IMG/VR virus record: IMGVR_UViG_3300031519_000025
Span: 1 to 57,963 of that record
DNA: 57,963 nt
DNA from: a virus
Taxonomy: Duplodnaviria; Caudoviricetes
Strand: one strand, 5' to 3'
A program made the translations under genes and the position numbers. Each line of letters opens with the position of its first letter. Within the stretch, counting starts at the first letter, position 1. Below the pieces are notes generated by a model, which worked only from the letters and a program-made list of their open reading frames with translations, did not search any database and was not told the DNA's origin. Positions 1 through 7,221 of this stretch are shown piece by piece.

Positions 1-2
1 TT

Positions 3-182
3 GTGAACAACAAAAATCAAAGAGTGACTTACAATCACGACGTGATACTCGAAGCGATGCTTCCGAAACTGAAGTTCCAAGCTTGCTGGCTTAAGCGAAA
101 GTACTGGTCTCAAAGTACTAACTTGCCAACGAATGTACGCCACTTGGCTACGATCGAAGAACTGAAGTCTACTAAAAAGTAG
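3..182 (+). CDS. 3' part of early hypothetical protein (truncated by window start)
   Basis: Open frame VNNKNQRVTYNHDVILEAM...CWLKRKYWSQSTNLP...KK* read manually; stop TAG at 180-182. Confidence 0.6.
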   Translation: MNNKNQRVTYNHDVILEAMLPKLKFQACWLKRKYWSQSTNLPTNVRHLATIEELKSTKK

Positions 183-185
183 GCT

Positions 186-199
186 TTGGCTTCGGCCGA
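186..199 (+). other. UUCG-tetraloop hairpin directly after a stop codon
   Basis: TTGGC-TTCG-GCCGA; no clear U-tract, so may be a stabiliser rather than a terminator. Confidence 0.35.
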
Positions 200-336
200 T
201 AACTTAACACACCTCAGCGTGTGTATAGCATAGGTATGTTCCGTCCTCAGCGGCAGGTGGATCAAGTGCACTCGCCGAAGGCGGTGTATAGCAACGCGTA
301 TAGCACGGTAAAAAGAGTGCTTTAGGTTGCAGACCA

Positions 337-359
337 AAAACGACCACCGTTAGATAATA
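337..359 (+). promoter_or_regulatory. Class I (early) promoter-like motif, copy 1
   Basis: AAAACGA-ccaccgt-TAGATAATA, 25 nt upstream of ATG 385. Confidence 0.8.
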
Positions 360-384
360 TATATGAATAACAAATAACACTACT

Positions 385-621
385 ATGACACTAACAACTG
401 AAGAATTAAGGGAAGAAATTTACACCGATCTAATACAGGAATTTGACCACCTGACTCACGAAGAGATAACGGATATGGTCGATGTAGAAATGATGGTAAC
501 TTGGATTGCTGACGGAAATGTGGAGAGACACGGTGAAGACACCTATGTAGAACACACAACACAGTGGAGGAAGAAGTTCACGATGTCAGAGTTAATAAGG
601 TTTTACTTAAAAGAATTTTAG
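385..621 (+). CDS. Early hypothetical acidic protein
   Basis: 78 aa ORF downstream of class I motif, ACT-ATG start. Confidence 0.75.
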   Translation: MTLTTEELREEIYTDLIQEFDHLTHEEITDMVDVEMMVTWIADGNVERHGEDTYVEHTTQWRKKFTMSELIRFYLKEF

Positions 622-897
622 GTCGATGCCGAAGTAACGGATCTCACTGAGCTAACTTAGATAACTAAGGTTTAGTTAAGTAATACTAGTGTAGAGTAGT
701 CAGAGACTATCTATTAGACGTTAACTACTATTTAGTTGGAGTAATAGAATTACACTTAAACGACTAGTATTTAATTAAATTAATATAATTACGTGTTTGG
801 GAGTGAAAGCTACAGTAAATATGGGATTATTTAAGTGAGTAAGTGATATTAAGTGTTTGTAAGTGGCTACGGTAATGGTTGTCACGGTCACAAACTA
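622..897. other. Non-coding AT-rich region, candidate replication origin
   Basis: No ORF; inverted repeat AATACTAGT (682-690)/ACTAGTATT (763-771); TAAGTG at 832, 840, 850, 860 and inverted at 753. Confidence 0.4.
784..813 (-). promoter_or_regulatory. Class II promoter-like motif, antisense to early genes
   Basis: Minus strand GTAG-N17-GTAATTATA (GTAGCTTTCACTCCCAAACACGTAATTATA). Confidence 0.55.
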
Positions 898-920
898 AAA
901 ACGACTACCGTTAGATAATA
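898..920 (+). promoter_or_regulatory. Class I promoter-like motif, copy 2
   Basis: AAAACGA-ctaccgt-TAGATAATA upstream of ATG 949. Confidence 0.8.
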
Positions 921-948
921 TAAATGTAACTAATAATAACTAAATAAT

Positions 949-1098
949 ATGAAATTAACCGACAAAGAATTACACTTATGCTACCAAGCACTATTTTTCG
1001 AAGTAGATCAAGTAACTGATGGGCTTAAAGTGAATGAAGAAGATTACCAAGATGAAATAGTATTAATGAATAAAATATATTACCGAAATGTGGAGTAA
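949..1098 (+). CDS. Small early hypothetical protein (49 aa)
   Basis: Manual translation MKLTDKELHLCYQALFFEVDQ...RNVE*. Confidence 0.65.
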   Translation: MKLTDKELHLCYQALFFEVDQVTDGLKVNEEDYQDEIVLMNKIYYRNVE

Positions 1099-1246
1099 CT
1101 GTTGCGGTGCGGAACCGAGCTATTTAAGCGATGAACTATGTGGTGCATGTTTAGACCATGCAGTATTTGATGACGAAGACGAAGACGAAGATATGGGTGA
1201 CACCTGTAGAAACGGAAAAGAATGGAATAAATGTGAATGTTGTTAA
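1088..1246 (+). CDS. Small Cys-rich (putative Zn-binding) protein, 52 aa
   Basis: MWSNCCGAEPSYLSDELCGACLDHAVFDDEDEDEDMGDTCRNGKEWNKCECC*. Confidence 0.65.
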   Translation: MWSNCCGAEPSYLSDELCGACLDHAVFDDEDEDEDMGDTCRNGKEWNKCECC

Positions 1247-1261
1247 CTAAAAACTATAACT

Positions 1262-1609
1262 ATGAAGAATTTAACTGAAGAATATGTAAACATCGATTGG
1301 AGCGGAATATGCGAAGACTTCGATCTCGATAGCGGTGATATTTCACCTGAACAATCTTTCGAACTTGACCGTGCACTCGGTAATATAAATGAAGTATTAC
1401 ACAACTTTATTGACCAAAATAAACCTACGGTACACATTGGCACCGCTACCCTAACTAACACTGAACACAACGTACTAATGGTTGCACTTGACCACATGTT
1501 CGAACACCTAAGCGATATGCGAGACGATTTAGCTCCTTTTGAGGATGAGGTTACTAATATAAAACGAATAGCGGCCGTTAGGTCACTACAAAAACTATTT
1601 AAAAAATAA
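1262..1609 (+). CDS. Early hypothetical protein
   Basis: 115 aa acidic ORF, ACT-ATG start, in + strand early array. Confidence 0.75.
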   Translation: MKNLTEEYVNIDWSGICEDFDLDSGDISPEQSFELDRALGNINEVLHNFIDQNKPTVHIGTATLTNTEHNVLMVALDHMFEHLSDMRDDLAPFEDEVTNIKRIAAVRSLQKLFKK

Positions 1610-1612
1610 ACT

Positions 1613-1825
1613 ATGAAAACTAAAGAATACGTATACCTATGGGTACTAGATTTCAACGACATGCAAGTGTATAAGTACACTATCAAAAGAGTGCTATACA
1701 ACGATTACCCGGAATACCCGAAAGACTACATGCAAACAGTAGGTCACGACACCAACAACGTACAGTGGATGGTATCCCCTTATGATGAAGTACTAGACGA
1801 AAATAACGGATGGACGGCAACATAA
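1613..1825 (+). CDS. Early hypothetical protein
   Basis: 70 aa ORF tightly packed after previous gene. Confidence 0.7.
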   Translation: MKTKEYVYLWVLDFNDMQVYKYTIKRVLYNDYPEYPKDYMQTVGHDTNNVQWMVSPYDEVLDENNGWTAT

Positions 1826-1827
1826 CA

Positions 1828-1850
1828 AAAACGATCACCGATAGATAATA
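1828..1850 (+). promoter_or_regulatory. Class I promoter-like motif, copy 3
   Basis: AAAACGA-tcaccga-TAGATAATA upstream of ATG 1879. Confidence 0.8.
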
Positions 1851-1878
1851 ATAATGTAACTAACTAACAATATATACT

Positions 1879-2250
1879 ATGCAAAAAGAAAACCTAAAAT
1901 TACCAATAAAACAATTTCACCGACTATACGATTTATTAGGTGATCTACTTGACCATGAATCCGATACTAACGATTTCAATATGGAGAATAATGACATCGA
2001 GTTGATCGAGGATATCCGGCATGAGTTGTTTAACCAAATACCCGATGAAAAAACCTTCACCGACTATGCCTTAACCGGCCGATCGTCAAACCCTAGTATA
2101 CTAGCGGGTAAACTATATAAAATAGTAGAACAAACGAGTAAGCACGGTTTCAAACTAGAAGTCGAAGACGATGAAGTGATCTTTTGTCTCTTCAAAAACT
2201 GTGCCTTCCTAAACGGTAGAGATTGGACCATTATCAACGTAGAAAACTAA
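1879..2250 (+). CDS. Early hypothetical protein
   Basis: 123 aa ORF. Confidence 0.75.
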   Translation: MQKENLKLPIKQFHRLYDLLGDLLDHESDTNDFNMENNDIELIEDIRHELFNQIPDEKTFTDYALTGRSSNPSILAGKLYKIVEQTSKHGFKLEVEDDEVIFCLFKNCAFLNGRDWTIINVEN

Positions 2251-2256
2251 GTAGCT

Positions 2257-2448
2257 ATGACACTAGATATGCAATTAACCGACGAAGAAATAAAAGAAAT
2301 AGCGGATCGCATGGACGACCTAATGTGGGAGGGATTCCACGATATAGTAGACGATGTGTACCGCGAACGTGAAGATTCCTCGTATGACTACGAGATCTGG
2401 GACGAAGATATAATTAAAGTAAGAAAAGAATTAAAAAAATATATATAA
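2257..2448 (+). CDS. Early hypothetical acidic protein
   Basis: 63 aa, strongly D/E-rich. Confidence 0.7.
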   Translation: MTLDMQLTDEEIKEIADRMDDLMWEGFHDIVDDVYREREDSSYDYEIWDEDIIKVRKELKKYI

Positions 2449-2450
2449 CT

Positions 2451-2807
2451 ATGATACACGAATTAGCCAAAGTAGTACACCAATGGGACGAAGATAACGA
2501 CAGATGGATGTATATTGAGTACGACAACGACGGAATGGTAATGGGATTAAACTTTATGCAAGGCGATGAATACGAGTGCTTTAAGAAAGACTGGTGTGTA
2601 AGCGATAAAGGTTTAACAGCGTTTTATAAGCAAATGCTATACACCTTCGCTTACGAGAACGGAAATGTACCAGAGCACTGCTTTATAAACAGTTGTATGT
2701 GGGCATACCACTCTGCGATCTCTGAGTACGAAGATAACGACTGCAAAATAGGTAACGCCACAAAATGTTACGCTAACAAATGTTGCAAAGCAATTAGTGG
2801 AAGGTAA
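2451..2807 (+). CDS. Early hypothetical protein
   Basis: 118 aa ORF with Cys-rich tail. Confidence 0.7.
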   Translation: MIHELAKVVHQWDEDNDRWMYIEYDNDGMVMGLNFMQGDEYECFKKDWCVSDKGLTAFYKQMLYTFAYENGNVPEHCFINSCMWAYHSAISEYEDNDCKIGNATKCYANKCCKAISGR

Positions 2808-2814
2808 CAAAGCA

Positions 2815-2837
2815 AAAACGACCACCTGTAGATAATA
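2815..2837 (+). promoter_or_regulatory. Class I promoter-like motif, copy 4
   Basis: AAAACGA-ccacctg-TAGATAATA upstream of ATG 2863. Confidence 0.8.
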
Positions 2838-2862
2838 TAAATGTAACTAAAAATATATAACT

Positions 2863-3018
2863 ATGACTAAAGAATTATCACCCTTACAACGTTCGTTCGA
2901 TCGAATCAATGAATTAATACCACATAGCCATGACGTACTGCTTCGATGCAGTTTATACGAAATGTGCGTTGAATTAACTAACAAATCTTTCTCTGAAGGA
3001 ATTAACACTAAATACTAA
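2863..3018 (+). CDS. Small early hypothetical protein (51 aa)
   Basis: Manual translation MTKELSPLQRSFDRINELIP...NTKY*. Confidence 0.6.
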   Translation: MTKELSPLQRSFDRINELIPHSHDVLLRCSLYEMCVELTNKSFSEGINTKY

Positions 3019-3023
3019 TAACT

Positions 3024-3356
3024 ATGAATTACAAAGTAAAAATTGAAAGCAGAACTTTAAGTATAAACCTTATGCACCACAGTACTGTCGATCTCGGTAT
3101 ATTCGCTGTAAAAGCTACAACCCACTCCTTCTTATTTGACGGTCTAAAAACCGAATGGGGTGCGGATATAAATGAAACGGAAATGGAATTCTACGTCAAC
3201 GACAAACGATGCAAGTATGTAGGATTTAAAGAACTATACACTCAACTATACGGTAACTCCTTCAATACCTGGGAAGCCGACCTAACACGCCAGATCGAAG
3301 AAGTAGTTGCAAAACGAATTGCAAAAGAATATCCAGGATGTGACGTAAACTTTTAA
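3024..3356 (+). CDS. Early hypothetical protein
   Basis: 110 aa ORF. Confidence 0.75.
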   Translation: MNYKVKIESRTLSINLMHHSTVDLGIFAVKATTHSFLFDGLKTEWGADINETEMEFYVNDKRCKYVGFKELYTQLYGNSFNTWEADLTRQIEEVVAKRIAKEYPGCDVNF

Positions 3357-3443
3357 ATATATGAATATAACACCACCTCACCCTAAGTATCTTAAAATAC
3401 TAGTACTAATAATAATGTTTTACCTTTTAATAATAAAATAACT

Positions 3444-3644
3444 ATGCAAGAAATAACCGAATACATTGAACAAGAGTTAACGTCTTTAAAACGCGGTATT
3501 GTCGCCACACCAGACGAAGATTACCTAGATCGATTTACTGATGCTAATAACGGATGCAACGATTTTTTACTAATGCAAATGTCAAAGCAGTACGGCTACA
3601 AGCTAGCGTTACTTGCTATACACGAACAACTAAAAACCAAATAA
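3444..3644 (+). CDS. Early hypothetical protein
   Basis: 66 aa ORF, ACT-ATG start. Confidence 0.7.
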   Translation: MQEITEYIEQELTSLKRGIVATPDEDYLDRFTDANNGCNDFLLMQMSKQYGYKLALLAIHEQLKTK

Positions 3645-3645
3645 T

Positions 3646-3825
3646 ATGAAAGCATTCAAATACAACCGACAAAACCGAACCATTACACTCGACGGTATTA
3701 AGTTCCGACCTTATACTGTAGGTAACTTACCACCAAGCTTCGGCTTTAAAGTCTCTGACGACGGAGAAAAAGAAGGAATATCTAATTGGTTCAACTACAA
3801 AGGTTTAACCTACATAAAAGCATAA
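3646..3825 (+). CDS. Small early hypothetical protein (59 aa)
   Basis: Manual translation MKAFKYNRQNRTITLDGIKFRPYTVGNLPPSF...WFNYKGLTYIKA*. Confidence 0.65.
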   Translation: MKAFKYNRQNRTITLDGIKFRPYTVGNLPPSFGFKVSDDGEKEGISNWFNYKGLTYIKA

Positions 3826-3827
3826 TC

Positions 3828-3926
3828 ATGAAAAAATTAAAACTAAAAGCACTAAGTACCCTTAAAAAAATAAATAAATTATTAACCGAGCTTGCCGAGG
3901 GCGCAGCTTTTGCTATACGCAATTAA
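3828..3926 (+). CDS. Basic amphipathic peptide (32 aa)
   Basis: MKKLKLKALSTLKKINKLLTELAEGAAFAIRN*, fills gap between neighbours exactly. Confidence 0.5.
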   Translation: MKKLKLKALSTLKKINKLLTELAEGAAFAIRN

Positions 3927-3928
3927 CT

Positions 3929-4123
3929 ATGATACTAACTGAACACCAAAAAAACGAACTCGACGCGGTAGCAGACTCTGTTGCGCACTATATTGAAGAC
4001 CACTTACGTGAAACAATATCATGGCAAACACCTAACGAGTTAATAGATACCATGAATGACGGCCAATTTTTTGAAGCTTTAGACTACACATATAACAAAG
4101 TATTACAATTAATAACAGAATAA
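3929..4123 (+). CDS. Early hypothetical protein
   Basis: 64 aa acidic ORF. Confidence 0.7.
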   Translation: MILTEHQKNELDAVADSVAHYIEDHLRETISWQTPNELIDTMNDGQFFEALDYTYNKVLQLITE

Positions 4124-4125
4124 TA

Positions 4126-4230
4126 ATACCCAGCGAATAAATAACGTGCGTGATATGGAGGTACAAAGTATAGGCAAATGTCGAACTCCCACCGGATGGA
4201 TAACCGTGACGCTAGTAAATGTCTGGGTAT
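4126..4230 (+). ncRNA. Candidate structured ncRNA / cis element
   Basis: Closing stem ATACCCAG/CTGGGTAT with nested GCGT/ACGC, GGAG/CTCC, CGG/CCG; GC-richer than flanks; intergenic. Confidence 0.4.
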
Positions 4231-4247
4231 ATTTTTAAACTAAAACT

Positions 4248-4604
4248 ATGGGAAGAATAATTGAAATATCACCGCAACAAGATGTTGTTAACAAAATTAA
4301 TGCGAAAGCAGATTTCACTCACAACATAAATAATACCAGACTAGAACGCTACACTGTAAGCACACAGAGTATACTTAAAACCGCAAATCCATCGCTATTC
4401 TCAAAAAATACGTGGCAAATAGTAGACGACGCATTCAACAGCGATCACGAATTGTTTGGCGGTTGGTTAAGTGAAGACGACATATACTTTCTTGACTACG
4501 GTTTAAGCGTGAGCGATCTTAAAGAAGCAATGAAAATAGCTAAATTTAACGAACAATTAGCAATATATGACAATGTGTCACAAAAAGTAATAGACGTTGC
4601 ATAA
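4248..4604 (+). CDS. Early hypothetical protein
   Basis: 118 aa; GGW...YFLD...A..FNEQLAIYD pattern. Confidence 0.75.
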   Translation: MGRIIEISPQQDVVNKINAKADFTHNINNTRLERYTVSTQSILKTANPSLFSKNTWQIVDDAFNSDHELFGGWLSEDDIYFLDYGLSVSDLKEAMKIAKFNEQLAIYDNVSQKVIDVA

Positions 4605-4606
4605 CA

Positions 4607-4629
4607 AAAACGATCAACTATAGATAATA
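4607..4629 (+). promoter_or_regulatory. Class I promoter-like motif, copy 5
   Basis: AAAACGA-tcaacta-TAGATAATA upstream of ATG 4655. Confidence 0.8.
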
Positions 4630-4654
4630 TAACTGAATACAAAATCTAATAACT

Positions 4655-5137
4655 ATGAATATATTTTATTTACATAGCGATCCAGTTGTCGCTGCACAAA
4701 AACAATACAATAAACACGTTGTCAAGATGATACTTGAGTCTGCGCAATTACTTTGCTCCGCTCATCACATGCTAGATAGTGAGATAGATGTCCCCTACAA
4801 ACTAACACACAAAAACCATCCGAGTGCTGTGTGGACTAGACAATCTGTACAAAACTATGCATGGCTATACTTCCACATGTTAGCTCTTGGCAATGAATAT
4901 ACTAAGCGCTACGGTAAAAAACACCTGACCATAATCAAGTGCGAGAACATACTGTCTCAAACACCTGGTCCGATCTTTAATACCGGCTTAACTGACATGC
5001 CGCAATGTATGCCAGATGAGTATAAAGTTTCAGGTGACTCCGTAGCTGCTTATCGTAATTACTATGTAAATGAAAAAGCACATTGCGCTAATCCTAAAGT
5101 CGAAATGCTATACACTTCGACGGATCAGTTTGACTAA
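4655..5137 (+). CDS. Pyrimidine-dimer DNA glycosylase / endonuclease V-like protein
   Basis: MNIFYL..DP..AA....KHVVKMILESAQLL...THKNHPSAVW...EY..RYGKKH...PQCMP...AYRNYY family signature. Confidence 0.75.
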   Translation: MNIFYLHSDPVVAAQKQYNKHVVKMILESAQLLCSAHHMLDSEIDVPYKLTHKNHPSAVWTRQSVQNYAWLYFHMLALGNEYTKRYGKKHLTIIKCENILSQTPGPIFNTGLTDMPQCMPDEYKVSGDSVAAYRNYYVNEKAHCANPKVEMLYTSTDQFD

Positions 5138-5161
5138 CCTAAAAAACTAAGTAGTATCACG

Positions 5162-5321
5162 AGTAACAGCGTAATTAACTGTTGGCACGGTGCAAGTCCG
5201 ATCCTGCAAAGGAAGATAACTACCAGGCGAAAGATACGATTAATGATCACATAATAGCTGATAACCGCGAAAGGAATGCCGTGACGCGAGCGAGGGAGTT
5301 CGACTCTCCCTGCGGTTACTA
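5162..5321 (+). ncRNA. Candidate structured ncRNA with tRNA-like 3' end
   Basis: T-arm GGGAG-TTCGACT-CTCCC (5294-5310) followed by acceptor-like TGCGGTT-A-CTA; GNRA hairpin TCCT-GCAA-AGGA; no anticodon arm. Confidence 0.5.
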
Positions 5322-5339
5322 ATATTAAACTAAATAACT

Positions 5340-5471
5340 ATGGAATTTACCGAAAGAGAACTAACAATAATTAAGTGTGCCTTAAGCGACTATAAAAATC
5401 AGATTGAGTACCACACATCAAACCAAGATTTACTTGAGGAAATAGCAGAACTAATAAATAAAAAACTATGA
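5340..5471 (+). CDS. Small early hypothetical protein (43 aa)
   Basis: MEFTERELTIIKCALSDYKNQ...KKL*, ATGA-coupled to next gene. Confidence 0.55.
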   Translation: MEFTERELTIIKCALSDYKNQIEYHTSNQDLLEEIAELINKKL

Positions 5472-5656
5472 CAGCAAAGCAAATTGACCTTATGCCTATC
5501 GAAGAATTAGAATCGCTAGCACATAACTTAACACCAGAACAACTAGCACAATGGACCGGATCCGGATATGATGGATCAACCTATGTAAAACTATTACTAG
5601 AGCCACTGCCTCACTGTGCATATTCCGGTCTAACATCACCAGAAGCTTATGAGTAA
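5468..5656 (+). CDS. Early hypothetical protein
   Basis: 62 aa; HCAYSGL.S...Y C-terminal pattern. Confidence 0.65.
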   Translation: MTAKQIDLMPIEELESLAHNLTPEQLAQWTGSGYDGSTYVKLLLEPLPHCAYSGLTSPEAYE

Positions 5657-5798
5657 ATTCATGATTTACAATGCAGATGAAGTTACATTCATATTAGCAA
5701 AAACACTAGACGAAGCTAGACAATGGGCAATAATGTATTGCGATCATTCACACGAGATAATAGTAAGAGAAGTAAGTGATATTAAATATAAATACTAA
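5649..5798 (+). CDS. Small early hypothetical protein (49 aa)
   Basis: MSKFMIYNADEVTFILAKTLDEARQWAIMYCDHSHEIIVREV...*. Confidence 0.55.
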   Translation: MSKFMIYNADEVTFILAKTLDEARQWAIMYCDHSHEIIVREVSDIKYKY

Positions 5799-5803
5799 AA
5801 ACT

Positions 5804-5959
5804 ATGAGAAACAAAATAGAAATTTACGTAAGAAAAAATTACAAACGAACATTTGGTGATAAACCATTAATTATTAAAGAGCTAGGAAAATGTTATTTAA
5901 TATCAGCTGGTAAAGACGATTCACCTTTAATTTTAAATAAAAATATAACCAATGAGTAA
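5804..5959 (+). CDS. Small early hypothetical protein (51 aa)
   Basis: MRNKIEIYVRKNYKRTFGDKPL...DDSPLILNKNITNE*. Confidence 0.55.
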   Translation: MRNKIEIYVRKNYKRTFGDKPLIIKELGKCYLISAGKDDSPLILNKNITNE

Positions 5960-6179
5960 AGTAACTAAAGAAATCCTGATTTTAGAGTCAGAAGCGGTGG
6001 TCTATGCACAGTATAAGCACCGAGAAGAAGAATTAATGGTAATGTTCAACCGCGGAGCTACTTATACATACTTTAATGTACCAGTGCATGTATGGCGTGG
6101 ATTACAAACAACCGATTCAGTCGGAGGATTTGTAAGTAGACATGTAAGAATGAAGTTTGAATTTAAACTTGCAGACTAA
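5952..6179 (+). CDS. KTSC domain protein
   Basis: Y......L.VMF..G.TY.Y.NVP..VW..L....SVG.FV pattern typical of KTSC. Confidence 0.75.
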   Translation: MSKVTKEILILESEAVVYAQYKHREEELMVMFNRGATYTYFNVPVHVWRGLQTTDSVGGFVSRHVRMKFEFKLAD

Positions 6180-6201
6180 ACACGATCACTAATAGATAAT
6201 A
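6179..6201 (+). promoter_or_regulatory. Class I promoter-like motif, copy 6
   Basis: AACACGA-tcactaa-TAGATAATA upstream of ATG 6238. Confidence 0.75.
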
Positions 6202-6237
6202 AACTTGAATAACAATTAATAATTAAATACAATAACT

Positions 6238-6603
6238 ATGGAAATGACTAAAGAAGAATTACAATTAAAAGTAAACGAGCTAACTCAATCGTTAGATACG
6301 TTTAACAAAAACACTGAAATGTTAAAACAGGATCTAGCTGTTACAAAGCGTGCACTAGAAGTTGCTGATCGACCTAAAATTACGCAAGATCAAATGACCG
6401 AAATTCAAGATGCAATATACACGGTTGTTAACAATGTAGACTTCACGGATTGTAACAACTACGACATGGATTTTGAAATAGATTACGATAATCGTATTGC
6501 TGTAAGCAACATGGAGTTCAATAACTCCGACGAGATTGCAGACGATATATCTTCTGAAATAGGGTCTTTGTTTAACGTAATACAGCCTGAAAATGAAGCC
6601 TAA
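6238..6603 (+). CDS. Hypothetical protein, N-terminal coiled coil and acidic C-terminus
   Basis: 121 aa ORF. Confidence 0.75.
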   Translation: MEMTKEELQLKVNELTQSLDTFNKNTEMLKQDLAVTKRALEVADRPKITQDQMTEIQDAIYTVVNNVDFTDCNNYDMDFEIDYDNRIAVSNMEFNNSDEIADDISSEIGSLFNVIQPENEA

Positions 6604-6862
6604 AGTAAGACAGATGGTTACAAGGGGTGGCAATCCTGCCCCTAATCAATTTTTGCTATACACTCGCGACGGCACGTACTTTCAAAGTTACAACAGTACT
6701 ATTGCTTTCCGTGATCACAACGGCAAGATACAACTTGACGAAAACACCTGGGATTATTCTAAAACCACAGCTGAGTACAGACGTGATTTTTTAAACGAAG
6801 GTGTTGATTTAACCCGAGATAAAATACTATCTGGTGAATACCAGTTAACTAACTTAAATTAA
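6593..6862 (+). CDS. Conserved phage hypothetical protein
   Basis: NQF...YFQSY.S.IA....WDYS.TT..YR..FL pattern. Confidence 0.7.
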   Translation: MKPKVRQMVTRGGNPAPNQFLLYTRDGTYFQSYNSTIAFRDHNGKIQLDENTWDYSKTTAEYRRDFLNEGVDLTRDKILSGEYQLTNLN

Positions 6863-6865
6863 AGT

Positions 6866-7114
6866 ATGACAGAAGAAGAAATGGAAAAGATAGCTAATAT
6901 GATCTCAGATAGAATATTTGCGAAGATAGAAGCGGACACAGTAGCCTTCAACGAAGAATTTGCTGATAGCTTACCAAGTAATAACGAACAGATAGCAGAG
7001 CTGCAAATGTTGCTATTGCATTACGAAAAGCAAGAGGATTATACTAGAGCCGCTAATGTTTTTAAGCAGATCAAATCACTTGAAGATAAAAATAATCCAG
7101 GCCGTGACATATAG
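6866..7114 (+). CDS. Hypothetical protein with UVR-like helical hairpin
   Basis: C-terminal L......QEDYTRAA.V..QI resembles UvrB/UvrC motif. Confidence 0.55.
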   Translation: MTEEEMEKIANMISDRIFAKIEADTVAFNEEFADSLPSNNEQIAELQMLLLHYEKQEDYTRAANVFKQIKSLEDKNNPGRDI

Positions 7115-7192
7115 GATACTTAAACTAGTAGATATTATTTTTAGTTAAAAATAAATATTAAAACTAACATTTAAAGTGTTTCAGTATACGTA

Positions 7193-7221
7193 TATAATTA
7201 CACGTTTTTACGACAAACTTG
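7193..7221 (-). promoter_or_regulatory. Degenerate class II promoter-like motif, antisense
   Basis: Minus strand CAAG-N16-GTAATTATA (CAAGTTT instead of GTAGTTT). Confidence 0.4.

Noticed and set aside
110-337. Minus-strand 75-aa ORF, and similar antisense ORFs at 1243-1701, 2637-2825 and 6355-6633
   Set aside because: They are shadows of + strand early genes or regulatory DNA, with no recognisable motifs
5258-5274. Hammerhead ribozyme core (CTGATAA...CGAAA)
   Set aside because: CUGANGA is mismatched, there is no stem II, and no convincing stems I/III
5263-5321. Bona fide tRNA or tmRNA gene
   Set aside because: Only 24 nt lie between acceptor and T stems (no D/anticodon arms); no GGGG 5' end, tag ORF or CCA
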